A stretch of DNA of 64,000 nucleotides. Origin: Candidatus Hatepunaea meridiana. Its GTDB lineage: Bacteria; Electryoneota; AABM5-125-24; Hatepunaeales; Hatepunaeaceae. Each line of letters begins with the position of its first letter. The first letter of the stretch is position 1. Shown piece by piece: positions 29,001-37,247 of this stretch. The stretch spans positions 2,939 through 66,938 of the forward strand of contig JAVCDD010000015.1 of assembly GCA_030765125.1 (NCBI GenBank). Direction: 5' to 3'. The position numbers were made by a program, and so were the translations under genes. Below the pieces are notes generated by a model. It was not told the DNA's origin. It saw only the letters and a program-made list of their open reading frames with translations, and did no database searches.

Positions 29001-31234
29001 GTGACGCACGCGGTGTTGCCGTCCAGGGTGATTATGCTTATATAGCGGATTGGAATCAAGGATTGCGTATTATACTCGTCAGCCGTCCAACCCTTCCGCG
29101 CGAAGCTGGATTCTTTGTTACCGATGGAAATGCTCGAGGTGTCGCCGTAGCCGGGAACTATGCTTATGTTGCAATGCAGGAGAGCGGTCTTAGTATCATT
29201 GACATATCCGATCCCGCAGAACCCAGCGAAGTTGGCTCTTTCGATACACCGGGAGCTGCCTATGCCGTTGCCGTTGTTGAAGACTATGCTTATGTCGCTG
29301 ACGGAACAGGTGGACTTAGGGTGATAAATGTTTCAGATCCGCAAGAGCCTCGGGAAGTCGGCGCTTATGATACTGAGGGTCAATCTTATGGCATTACAGT
29401 TGATGGTGAGTTAGCATACGTTGCTGATGGTGACGGCGGTTTACGCATCATTAACATATCCGATCCGGAACATCCTGAAGAAGTGGGAGCATATCAAGAA
29501 TTGGAGCAATCCTGGGACGTTGCTGTTGAAGACGGCTTTGCATACATAGCGGACTATGAAAACGGTCTGCGCTTAATAGACGTTTCCGATCCCGAAAATC
29601 CCAACGAGGTCGGAGACTATGACACTCCTGGACTAGCTTACGGAGTCGCTGCCGCAAACGAGCATTACGCTTACGTAGCAGATTATGATAGCGGATTACG
29701 TATCCTTGACGTATCTGAAGTCATCGGTTGGGAAGCGCAAGATCCTGCTATTATCGTTTCACCGGATGAGTTAATCTTCGATCAGGTTGAGATCGGTCTG
29801 AATCGTAATCTCAACATTACTATTCGCAATGAAGGCAATGCTGATTTGATTGTATCCAATATTTATGTTACTGACAATGCTTTCAGTGTAGATTTCCCTG
29901 ATCAGCTCGCTATAGAGCCCGGCAACAGCGAAGAGATTGTGGTTACTTTTGCACCTGACAGATTCAGCGAATCCGAAGGAGACCTGATTATCGAATCCAA
30001 CGATCCGAATGGCGACGTATCAATCTCTTTGATCGGTTCAGGTGTTTACATTGTGATTAGCGAGATGGGGTATTTCGATACTGAAGGAAATGCTAAAGAC
30101 GTCGCAATCGTGGGTGATTACGCCTATGTAGCTGATGGTGAAGCGGGAATAAGCATAATAGATATTACCGATCTGCAAAACCCCAATGAAGTAGGAACAT
30201 TAGATACACCGGACGAAGCTTTTGCAATTGAGGTAGTTGGTGATTATGCTTATGTGGCAGACAAAGAGAGCGGGTTGCGCGTCATTAACATCTCAAATCC
30301 TGAGCAACCGGAAGAGGTTGGTTCTTATGACACACCGGGAATGGCAAGAGAAGTTGTTGTTGTCGGCAACTATGCTTACGTTGGCGATGGCGCTGATGGT
30401 TTCCGAGTGATTGACATATCAACTCCTGACGACCCACGTGGTACAGGCATCTATAATACACCTGACGAAGCCTGGGGAATCACCATTATCGGTGAATACG
30501 CATACGTAGCGACAAGGGAAAGAGGGTTGCGTATTCTAAACATCTTCGATCCGCAACGTCCAAATGAGGTTGGATTCTACGATACGCAGAGATACGCCCG
30601 CGACGTCAGCGTGTCCGGTGACTATGCTTATGTGGCAGACGGCACCGGCGGACTGGTCGTGTTAAATATTTCTGATCCGGAGCATCCTCGTAAAGAGGGC
30701 GAATTATTAACTATGGACGAAGCTCGCAGTATCACCATCCGTGGAAATTTTGCATTCGTCGCCGATAAGGAAGGTGGATTGCGGATTATTGATATCTCGC
30801 ATCCGGATGATCCGGAAGAGATCGGATTCTATAATACTTCAGACGAGTCTTTCGGAGTTACTGTTGTGGATGACAGATATGCCTACGTAGCGGACGGAGA
30901 GAACGGACTGCGAATACTTGACGTTTCAAACATCCACGGCGTAAACGATCAACAGGATAATCCTATTCCAACGGAATTCAATTTATCGGCAGCCTATCCG
31001 AATCCGTTCAACTCGACTATGAATATATCGTATGACCTGCCCGTCCTGACAAATATTTCATTGCAGATATTCGATGTCAACGGTAGAGTTACAGCAACGC
31101 TTTATTCAGGTGCAAGAGCGCCGGGGCGTTATCATTCAATTTGGAACGGACGCAATTCACCATCAGGCATTTACTTGATTAGGTTGAATTCATCCGATTT
31201 CAATGCTGTACGTAAAGTAGTACTAACGAAATGA
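26060..31234 (+). CDS. giant secreted LVIVD-repeat protein: four ~7-bladed LVIVD beta-propellers separated by choice-of-anchor-D Ig-like domains, with T9SS C-terminal sorting domain
   Basis: 1724 aa from the ATG at 26060 (track ORF begins at an upstream TTG). Signal peptide MVHRFALILSLMVFCLTITTVSAQ. Contains >25 copies of a ~40-aa unit G.YAY[IV]AD...GL[RV]I[IV][DN][IV]SDP.NP.EVG.[YF]DTPG.A.GV.V. Ig-like segments such as ELTLTINNEGGNDLTISDVSL...ITSNDPDNGEV appear four times. C-terminus AAYPNPFNSTMNISYDL...IRLNSSDFNAVRKVVLTK. Confidence 0.8.
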   Translation: MVHRFALILSLMVFCLTITTVSAQEIIEVGDFDTPGLAKDVVVAGNHAYIADYGSGLRIINISDPENPDEVGAFDTQGNAWGVVVSGDFAYIADYASGLRIVNISDPENTNEVGNYDTPSHAFSVVVINSLAYIADGEESGLLIINVADPANPDIVASFETEGTAFDVSVVGNLAYIADAGFLRIIDVSDLDNMVEVGTIETRGTAKGVAVAGDYAYIADGESGLRIINVSDPENPEEVGDFNTPDDASDVTVVGSYAYVADGESGLYIIDVSNPEEPEEAGSFDTPNEAIGVTGNDEYIYIADNTSGLLILNVSEFHIPIIAVAPEALDFEEVELNQSAELTLTINNEGGNDLTISDVSLTGDHFSVDFEDEVVVERDEDYELTVTFAPEEIGELRDTLIITSNDPDNGEVTIFLSGVGVGPVISIDPETMVFGQVLVGEAGEMIITISDSGNTNLIVSDILVEGDYFYVDFEQELVIEPNGAAEVSVSFAPEEFRDCQGTLTITSNDPNRDEIVINLTGSGVAVAIREVGAFNTPGEARGIAVVGDIAYIADGQTGLIIFDISNPAEPDSLGACDTPGDAYYVIVVGEYAYIADQTGGLRVINVSDPTEPEEVGYYDTAGEARGVAVLGNYAYIADGDPGLIAINISNPEDPEQVGAFNSPGTARGVTISGEYAYVSDGGSGLRIVDLFDPRSPEEIGSFDTPGWALSSFIAGDYAYVADWRNGMQIIDISDLENPDLVSSFDTPGEALNLAIVGNYVYIADLGSGLRMIDVSNRRQPEEAGYFDTPGNARGVAVIGDYAYVADGPGGLRILDVSNIGEPLPFISVAPLELDFGEVMLNEGTQLAITISNVGGADLTISEVVSNFGCFTTDFEDEIVLEPDESENVMVTFTPDHHGLFEGTITITSNDPFTEEVTVTLRGNGIIGVIHHIGFFDTEGHALDVVIENNYAYVADRRAGMSIISIADPFNPSEVGYIDSPGDARGVAVQGDYAYIADWNQGLRIILVSRPTLPREAGFFVTDGNARGVAVAGNYAYVAMQESGLSIIDISDPAEPSEVGSFDTPGAAYAVAVVEDYAYVADGTGGLRVINVSDPQEPREVGAYDTEGQSYGITVDGELAYVADGDGGLRIINISDPEHPEEVGAYQELEQSWDVAVEDGFAYIADYENGLRLIDVSDPENPNEVGDYDTPGLAYGVAAANEHYAYVADYDSGLRILDVSEVIGWEAQDPAIIVSPDELIFDQVEIGLNRNLNITIRNEGNADLIVSNIYVTDNAFSVDFPDQLAIEPGNSEEIVVTFAPDRFSESEGDLIIESNDPNGDVSISLIGSGVYIVISEMGYFDTEGNAKDVAIVGDYAYVADGEAGISIIDITDLQNPNEVGTLDTPDEAFAIEVVGDYAYVADKESGLRVINISNPEQPEEVGSYDTPGMAREVVVVGNYAYVGDGADGFRVIDISTPDDPRGTGIYNTPDEAWGITIIGEYAYVATRERGLRILNIFDPQRPNEVGFYDTQRYARDVSVSGDYAYVADGTGGLVVLNISDPEHPRKEGELLTMDEARSITIRGNFAFVADKEGGLRIIDISHPDDPEEIGFYNTSDESFGVTVVDDRYAYVADGENGLRILDVSNIHGVNDQQDNPIPTEFNLSAAYPNPFNSTMNISYDLPVLTNISLQIFDVNGRVTATLYSGARAPGRYHSIWNGRNSPSGIYLIRLNSSDFNAVRKVVLTK

Positions 31235-31257
31235 GATGTAATGTTAGCTGTCATCCC

Positions 31258-31416
31258 ACCGTGGTTGACAGCCTGTGAACAGAGCCCGTTCAGAAAAGAA
31301 ATGCTGAACGGGCTCTGTTATGTAAAACGGAGAGAGCGGATATTCCTGTCCACCACATTATTCATCTTCAAACCAACCCAGCTGTCAGGGCGCCGTTCCT
31401 GACAGCAATACAACAA
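31258..31416. repeat. cluster of REP-like hairpins (CTGTCA family plus a perfect 16-bp stem)
   Basis: ctgtcatcccaccgtggttgacag; aacagagcccgttcag...ctgaacgggctctgtt; ctgtcagggcgccgttcctgacag. Confidence 0.55.
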
Positions 31417-31670
31417 TCAAGCAATTAAGCAATCATATCTTCTTAGTATTTCCACTATTCATTTGACATCTAACTCAAATAACAATAAATTAACATAAAA
31501 TCATTTTGCAGTGAAGCTGGGCGAATTAAGAGTGCAAAAACAAAAAACAAACACCTTCTTAATGAAAAGCTGCTTATCCGGTTTTCATTTCTTTTAAAAT
31601 AGCATCTTATCAACCTTGACACCGGTAATACTGAATAGTATATTCACTGAAGCCTATAGAAAGTATTAAT

Positions 31671-31777
31671 CAGTAGCGTAGACGTACCCGCCTGTGGAAA
31701 CACTTCTAGCAGGCAGAAGGGAGGGGGGGGCCGCTCCTAATTATTTACTTTCGCAGGCAGGGACGTCTACGCTACTG
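31671..31777. repeat. inverted repeat CAGTAGCGTAGACGT...ACGTCTACGCTACTG enclosing a G8 homopolymer tract
   Basis: cagtagcgtagacgtacccgcctg ... caggcagggacgtctacgctactg with gggagGGGGGGGGcc at 31723..31730, 30 bp upstream of the OMP gene start. A related half-site lies at ~23291. Confidence 0.5.
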
Positions 31778-31806
31778 TATTTTCAATCAACCAACGGAGT
31801 TACCTT

Positions 31807-33099
31807 ATGAGAAAACTAATCGTTATTTTCCTTTGCGCACTGCTGTTTACAGTTTCAAGTGCATTCAGCCAATTACTTACCGATTACACAGATGTAGGCA
31901 ATGGCGCTCGCGCGGCTGCAATGGGTAATGCCTTCACCGGGCTCGCAGATGATGCCACGGCTGTTGCATGGAATCCTGCCGGTCTAACGCAATTGGGTAT
32001 GCCTGAGTTCAGCATCGTTGGACGCTACAATCTGGGATACTCAACAATGAAATGGTCAAATGTCGAATTTCTCGATAAATTCAGCATTTCTCAATCATCT
32101 CAGTTTGACATCAACTTTTTAAGTTTCGTCCTTCCAATAAATACAGAAAGTATCGGGCTTGGAGTATTAGCGGATATCGGTATCTCCAAGTTTGTTCCTG
32201 CGATAGCTTATCGTACAATGTATGACTGGGCTTTCAAGCAGAAGAGAACCCGAAAATACAGTGATGACGATACAGAAATAGAAATAGTTGAAGATATTAA
32301 GCAAAAAGGCGGCATTAAGGTGCTTTCTACTGCATTCGCAACCGAATTTGGACGTCTCTCCGGTGGTATGACATTAAACTTTATCAAAGGCGACCTTGAA
32401 TATAAATACGAACATAAGCAGGACGGTCAAATTCAAGATTCTGACAACTACAATGTCGAGGACTACAAAGGCAGGTCCGTTGACTTTGGTCTTTCATTGG
32501 ACGGCACCTGGATTGGTAATAGCGGTGGAAGAACTGGGATAGTACTCGGAGCGAAGCTATCCCCTGGGTACGTCCGAAGCAATGTTTACGTAGACGCCAA
32601 TGATAATCGTACTAAGCGCGAACTGAAAATTCCATATTTCTACACTTATGGCGCTGCCGTGCTATTTAGTGAAAGCTTTACGGTAACCGTTGACTATCGA
32701 TCTCATAATTGGTCTGATTCGGAATCCCGGAACGAAGTGAATGGAGCGTGGACCGATTGGGCAGAGTATACAAACAATGACCTGAATGCATGGCATTTTG
32801 GAATGGAGAAATTAAACCTCACAACTGGTGCATCATTTCGGTTGGGCTACTATAATAAACCGTATGTTGACGATGACGCCAATGGAGACCAGATTGTAAA
32901 TGAAGTTTTTACAATAGGAATGGGATTTGCCAAAAAGAACTTCAGTCTGGACTTTTCGTCACAGTTCGAACTACACAGCTATTTATGGCGTAAAATTGAC
33001 GAATCTGAATATACAGACAAAGGCGGTGAATTAAGCTTTTCTTCAAGCTTGATTATCTACATTGACTTTATGGACATATTTGATAAACTGCAGAGGTAG
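31807..33099 (+). CDS. FadL-like / PorV-PorQ-type beta-barrel outer-membrane protein
   Basis: 430 aa with signal peptide and N-terminal motif GNGARAAAMGNAFTGLADDATAVAWNPAGL, typical of the FadL/PorV-like OMP superfamily. It sits immediately after the T9SS cargo genes. Confidence 0.5.
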   Translation: MRKLIVIFLCALLFTVSSAFSQLLTDYTDVGNGARAAAMGNAFTGLADDATAVAWNPAGLTQLGMPEFSIVGRYNLGYSTMKWSNVEFLDKFSISQSSQFDINFLSFVLPINTESIGLGVLADIGISKFVPAIAYRTMYDWAFKQKRTRKYSDDDTEIEIVEDIKQKGGIKVLSTAFATEFGRLSGGMTLNFIKGDLEYKYEHKQDGQIQDSDNYNVEDYKGRSVDFGLSLDGTWIGNSGGRTGIVLGAKLSPGYVRSNVYVDANDNRTKRELKIPYFYTYGAAVLFSESFTVTVDYRSHNWSDSESRNEVNGAWTDWAEYTNNDLNAWHFGMEKLNLTTGASFRLGYYNKPYVDDDANGDQIVNEVFTIGMGFAKKNFSLDFSSQFELHSYLWRKIDESEYTDKGGELSFSSSLIIYIDFMDIFDKLQR

Positions 33100-33129
33100 C
33101 GTCTTATCTTGTTCAACTCAATAAAATAT

Positions 33130-33230
33130 ACAAAATCAGTAGAAGCGACACTCTTGTCGCTTGAATGTTAGATTTACCACAACTTTGTAAGCGACGCAAG
33201 CGACAAGAGTGTCGCTTCTACTGATTTTGT
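33130..33230. mobile_element. MITE-C (33-bp TIRs ACAAAATCAGTAGAAGCGACACTCTTGTCGCTT)
   Basis: Perfect terminal inverted repeats flank a 35-bp centre; a second copy with the same TIR core lies at 40149..40240. Confidence 0.55.
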
Positions 33231-33277
33231 AACTCTTTAATAATTGAAGAATAAACGCTATTTTTAAAGGGAGTATC

Positions 33278-36200
33278 ATGAAAACAAACAAGAACTTATT
33301 CCTCATTTCAGCGCTTATAGCAATAATATGCTTTCAAGTAAACACTGCCGGCGCTGCAAACTGGTACGATCTATATGCACGCGGAACCAGACTGATGAAG
33401 AAGGAAAACTACGACAAGGCAGCCGAATGCTTTGCTAATGCGCTGAAACAGAACGATTCGGATAATCCGCGTGTTCGTACTTCAGGAATGCGCTTTATTA
33501 AATACTACCCACACAGAGAACTGGGTATATGCTATTACAATCTGGGTCGGTATTCAGAAGCTATGGAACAATTACGGGTTTCAATCCGGCAGTCTTCTAC
33601 CTCCAGTGCAAAGAGTTATCTGTCATTGGCTGAAAAGCAGATGGTTAATGTTCAAAATCAGATTAAGCAAGACAAGATAAAACAGGACGCTCTCGCCAGG
33701 GAAGCTCAAGAACGGGAAAAACAAGAAAGAATTAAAAAGAACGAACTCGCCAGGATAGAGTCGTCTGATCTGGGAGTCGCGGGTCAAGAATCCCACATAG
33801 AGATTACTCCATTGAAGAGGTTGAAGGAACAACCTGGATTGGTTGTCAGTATGGCATTCAGTCCCGATAGCAAATACTTAGCAAGCAGAAGCGGCAGCAA
33901 CATCCAACTATGGAATACTGAAACCGGTTCAAGCGCCGGGAAACTTACCGGGCATTCAGATGGTGTCTGGGATCTATGCTTCAGCGGGGATGGACAGCTT
34001 GCAAGCGCCAGCTTTGATGAAACTTCCAGGTTGTGGTCTATTGTAAACAAGCAATCAACCAGAACAATAACCGGACATTCGGCAAAGGTTCGGGCTGTTG
34101 CTCTCAGCCCTGACGGCAAGAGGCTCGCAAGCGGTGACGGGGATGGTATTATTAAACTATGGGATATGCAAAACGGACAGGAATTGAAATCGTTCAATCA
34201 TTATAACCGATGGATCAATACACTTGAGTTTAGTCCAAATGGATCCATACTTGCGAGCGGAGATGGCAATGGGACAATCAAACTGTGGAATATATATAAC
34301 GGTGAAGAGATTAAAACGCTTAAAGGACATTACGAAAGAGTAGATGTAGCATTCAGTCCGGACGGAAAGTATCTCGCCAGCGGTAGCAAAGACACAAAGA
34401 TTAAAATATGGGATGTTGAGAACGGCAATGTGATCAGAACATTGGAGGGACATACTTCCTCTGTCAATTCGATCTGCTTCAGTCCGGACGGCTTTTGGCT
34501 GGCAAGTGGAAGTGGGAAATGGGACGGTGGAGGCGAGAACAATTCGGTCAGGATCTGGTTAGTTGGCAGCGGTCAGGAAGTTAGAAAAATAAAAGCCTAC
34601 AATACTGTCTATTCAGTTGCATTCAGTCCGGATGGCTCTATGCTCGCCGCTGGAAGCGGGGATTATAGCACTGCCAAAGGTGAAGTCGAACTGTGGCGGG
34701 TTAAAATGCACAAACCGGAATTCGGTCTTCCTCCAAACCTGTTTGCCGAACTTAGCTTTGAAGATGACAATGGTAACGGTATACTCGATGCGATGGAATC
34801 AGCGCTGTTGGAAGTAACCCTCTATAACAAAGGGAAAGGTACTGCCCATCTTCTGCAGATTTGTATTGAGGACGATCAATATGATCCTGAACTGAAAATC
34901 GGAGGGAATGTAGTCTGGGAGTTACCCTCTAAAAATCAGACGAAAGTCACTATTCCTATTAGAACAGGCATGGACCTGAAATCTGCAAAACACCGGTTTA
35001 AAATCAGTGTTCTCGAGTACTTCGGATATGATATGGATCCAGCATACCTATCGCTCAACACGCAGGAATATTCGCCTCCAAAACTTGTCTATTCCGGTAT
35101 GGACATTGATGATTGGAGTGAGGGAACCGGCGGCAATGATGAGGATGGTCAGTTGCAGGCTGGTGAACTGGTTAAAATGAAGATTGTTGTGCAGAATATT
35201 GGTCAGGAGCCTGCGCTTAATACGAAATACTCCGTCAGAAGCGATGATAATAATATACGCCTCAAAGAAGGATACGGCACACTCGGCACAATAAAACCAG
35301 GGGAAGTCAAGGAATTTTGGATCACCATCAGTCCAAACAAACGTGTTACAACTGAGGATGATCTGCCCGTTTATCTGACGATGACTGAATCGATAGGCAA
35401 AGGCAAACTTTTAAATTTCCAGTTACCGATAAAGCTCAACCAGAAGCCTCCCCAAATGAATGTTGTCGAGGTCAAACCGGATTTGTCGCGACTCCAGCAA
35501 CAGATCGCAAAGTTTGAATACACATCTTCTAAATTCAAGACCCGTATTAAAAAGAAAGAAGATGTATGGGCTGTCAAGCGGTCTCGTTCGAGTCGACCGA
35601 ATTCTACAGCAGTCGTGATAGGCGTAGAAAATTATAAAAAACTTGCGCCGGCGCCATTTGCTGCAAGAGACGCTGATCTAATGGAAAAGTATTTTAGGGA
35701 GCTGCTTGGTGTTGATAATGTTGTTCTGTATAAGGATAACGACGTCTCAGGTATGGTGTTCGATGATATTTTCAACCCTGACAATGGTGAACTTCAGACG
35801 TCAATTATCCAAGGGGAAACAGAACTGTTTGTATATTACTCCGGTCACGGCATCCCGAATAAAACCGGTTCAGAGGTATATCTTGTTCCTTCTGATGTAA
35901 AAATTCACCGGCTTGAAGAACAGGGATACAGCTTGAACAAGTTCTATAAGAATCTGAGCGAGTTGGGCGCTAAAAATACGATGGTGATACTCGATGCCTG
36001 TTTCAGCGGTGGGTCGCGTTCAACCGGCAGTATAAAAGAAGAGAATCTCGTTGCACACAAGGCTGTTGGACTAAAGATCAAGGAGCCGTGGCGGACTTAT
36101 AAGAACTTTACGGTAATAAACTCGTCAACCGGTAGTGAGACCTCGTTGGGATTTGACCAGTCGGAGACAGGGCTGTTTACCTACTATCTGGCATTAGGAC

Positions 36201-36358
36201 TGAAAGGCAAAGCTGATGACAACAATGACCAAAAGGTAACGGTCGGTGAACTCAAACGATACGTAATCGCAAACGTAAAGGAAACGTCGAAGAAGATGTT
36301 AGGTTTACAGACGCCGCAATTCTACGGTGATGAGAGTCGGGTGTTGGTGGAGTATTAA
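33278..36358 (+). CDS. secreted multidomain protein: signal peptide - TPR - coiled coil - WD40 beta-propeller - Ig/CARDB-like domains - C-terminal caspase-like (peptidase C14) domain
   Basis: 1026 aa. About 8 WD40 repeats (TGHSDGVWDLCFSGDGQLASASFDETSRLWS; GHTSSVNSICFSPDG...). C-terminal caspase His/Cys dyad contexts YYSGHGIPN and MVILDACFSGGS. Confidence 0.7.
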   Translation: MKTNKNLFLISALIAIICFQVNTAGAANWYDLYARGTRLMKKENYDKAAECFANALKQNDSDNPRVRTSGMRFIKYYPHRELGICYYNLGRYSEAMEQLRVSIRQSSTSSAKSYLSLAEKQMVNVQNQIKQDKIKQDALAREAQEREKQERIKKNELARIESSDLGVAGQESHIEITPLKRLKEQPGLVVSMAFSPDSKYLASRSGSNIQLWNTETGSSAGKLTGHSDGVWDLCFSGDGQLASASFDETSRLWSIVNKQSTRTITGHSAKVRAVALSPDGKRLASGDGDGIIKLWDMQNGQELKSFNHYNRWINTLEFSPNGSILASGDGNGTIKLWNIYNGEEIKTLKGHYERVDVAFSPDGKYLASGSKDTKIKIWDVENGNVIRTLEGHTSSVNSICFSPDGFWLASGSGKWDGGGENNSVRIWLVGSGQEVRKIKAYNTVYSVAFSPDGSMLAAGSGDYSTAKGEVELWRVKMHKPEFGLPPNLFAELSFEDDNGNGILDAMESALLEVTLYNKGKGTAHLLQICIEDDQYDPELKIGGNVVWELPSKNQTKVTIPIRTGMDLKSAKHRFKISVLEYFGYDMDPAYLSLNTQEYSPPKLVYSGMDIDDWSEGTGGNDEDGQLQAGELVKMKIVVQNIGQEPALNTKYSVRSDDNNIRLKEGYGTLGTIKPGEVKEFWITISPNKRVTTEDDLPVYLTMTESIGKGKLLNFQLPIKLNQKPPQMNVVEVKPDLSRLQQQIAKFEYTSSKFKTRIKKKEDVWAVKRSRSSRPNSTAVVIGVENYKKLAPAPFAARDADLMEKYFRELLGVDNVVLYKDNDVSGMVFDDIFNPDNGELQTSIIQGETELFVYYSGHGIPNKTGSEVYLVPSDVKIHRLEEQGYSLNKFYKNLSELGAKNTMVILDACFSGGSRSTGSIKEENLVAHKAVGLKIKEPWRTYKNFTVINSSTGSETSLGFDQSETGLFTYYLALGLKGKADDNNDQKVTVGELKRYVIANVKETSKKMLGLQTPQFYGDESRVLVEY

Positions 36359-36430
36359 GCGGATATCTTCGTATTTGATTGTGTCGCTACAAAGTTGTTA
36401 GAAGCATTCGAAGAAGATCATTTCCGTGCT

Positions 36431-36573
36431 GATGGGAATCCAGATTCCGAGAACGTTCAGCAGGTCGTTATACTGCAGCCTGGAACAGCGTGAACGCACC
36501 ATCCGGTATCTATTTATTGCGATTAGAGTCGCTTGATTTCAATGCTATGTGCAAGGCTGTGCTTGTGAAATGA
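36431..36573 (+). pseudogene. orphan T9SS C-terminal-domain fragment
   Basis: The frame reads (stop)WESRFRERSAGRYTAAWNSVNAPSGIYLLRLESLDFNAMCKAVLVK*. It aligns with the giant protein's terminus GRYHSIWNGRNSPSGIYLIRLNSSDFNAVRKVVLTK, but no upstream coding body exists. Confidence 0.45.
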
Positions 36574-36706
36574 TATAATGGTAAAATATGGGGACAGCAG
36601 TGATACTTGTCCCCATATTTACAAAGATCACATTAGCCTCGACATCGTTAGTCCGGTCAACATCGGAGAAGATATATAGAATTATTTTCTCGGAATATCT
36701 CTTTAT

Positions 36707-36891
36707 CGGTTATGCCTTTAGCTCAGCAATGTATAAACCTAATAACACCGGAGTAGCGAAGCTTGCTGCGCGTCCACTTAACAATACCGGAAGTAGTAAA
36801 GCTTGCTGCGTTCTTGCACTGTGGCGCATGCGTGTCTGCTTGCGAGCGCGCAGCAAGCTGCGCTACTCCGGCTGAGCTAAAGGCATAACCG
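36707..36891. mobile_element. MITE-E (TIRs CGGTTATGCCTTTAGCTCAGC) flanked by a 9-bp direct repeat TCTCTTTAT (target-site duplication)
   Basis: TSD copies at 36698..36706 and 36894..36902. Internal sub-palindrome ccggagtagcgaagcttgctgcgcg...cgcgcagcaagctgcgctactccgg. A second copy begins at 63841. ORFs 36588..36875 and 36723..36977 inside it are spurious. Confidence 0.6.
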
Positions 36892-37247
36892 ATTCTCTTT
36901 ATTTCTTTCCAATCATTAAAAATCCAATCTAAAATCTCACACGCTACCCGTTTGATCTCTTTTAGCATGATGATCATCTTTTAGAAGGCGATAGAGGCGA
37001 TAACGAAGTTGCGTCCATTACCGGTGACAAGGGATTTAGCACACCTTATGCGTTGAGATACTTGATTTTCCATCGTGTGCTATCTATATTGTGATAAGTG
37101 GAAAAACACAAACCACTATACAGGCAGGAGCGCGACTATGCCACCATTATTGCAGGGATATGAAAATCCCAGGACAGTATCCTTCGGGCGCCTCCAAACT
37201 TTTCATGTGGCACGGTCAGGCAATGACCAGAAAAAGAGAGGAATAAC

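Noticed and set aside
31807-33099. Definitive call of the OMP as PorV (LptO)
   Set aside because: The N-terminal motif is shared by FadL, PorV, PorQ and PorP/SprF-type barrels. The families cannot be separated without HMM scoring, so only a superfamily-level call was kept.
36431-36573. T9SS CTD fragment as the C-terminus of the caspase protein (which would make the caspase a T9SS cargo)
   Set aside because: The fragment is in a different frame, separated by a stop and ~70 nt from the caspase gene end. The caspase ORF ends ...VLVEY without a CTD.
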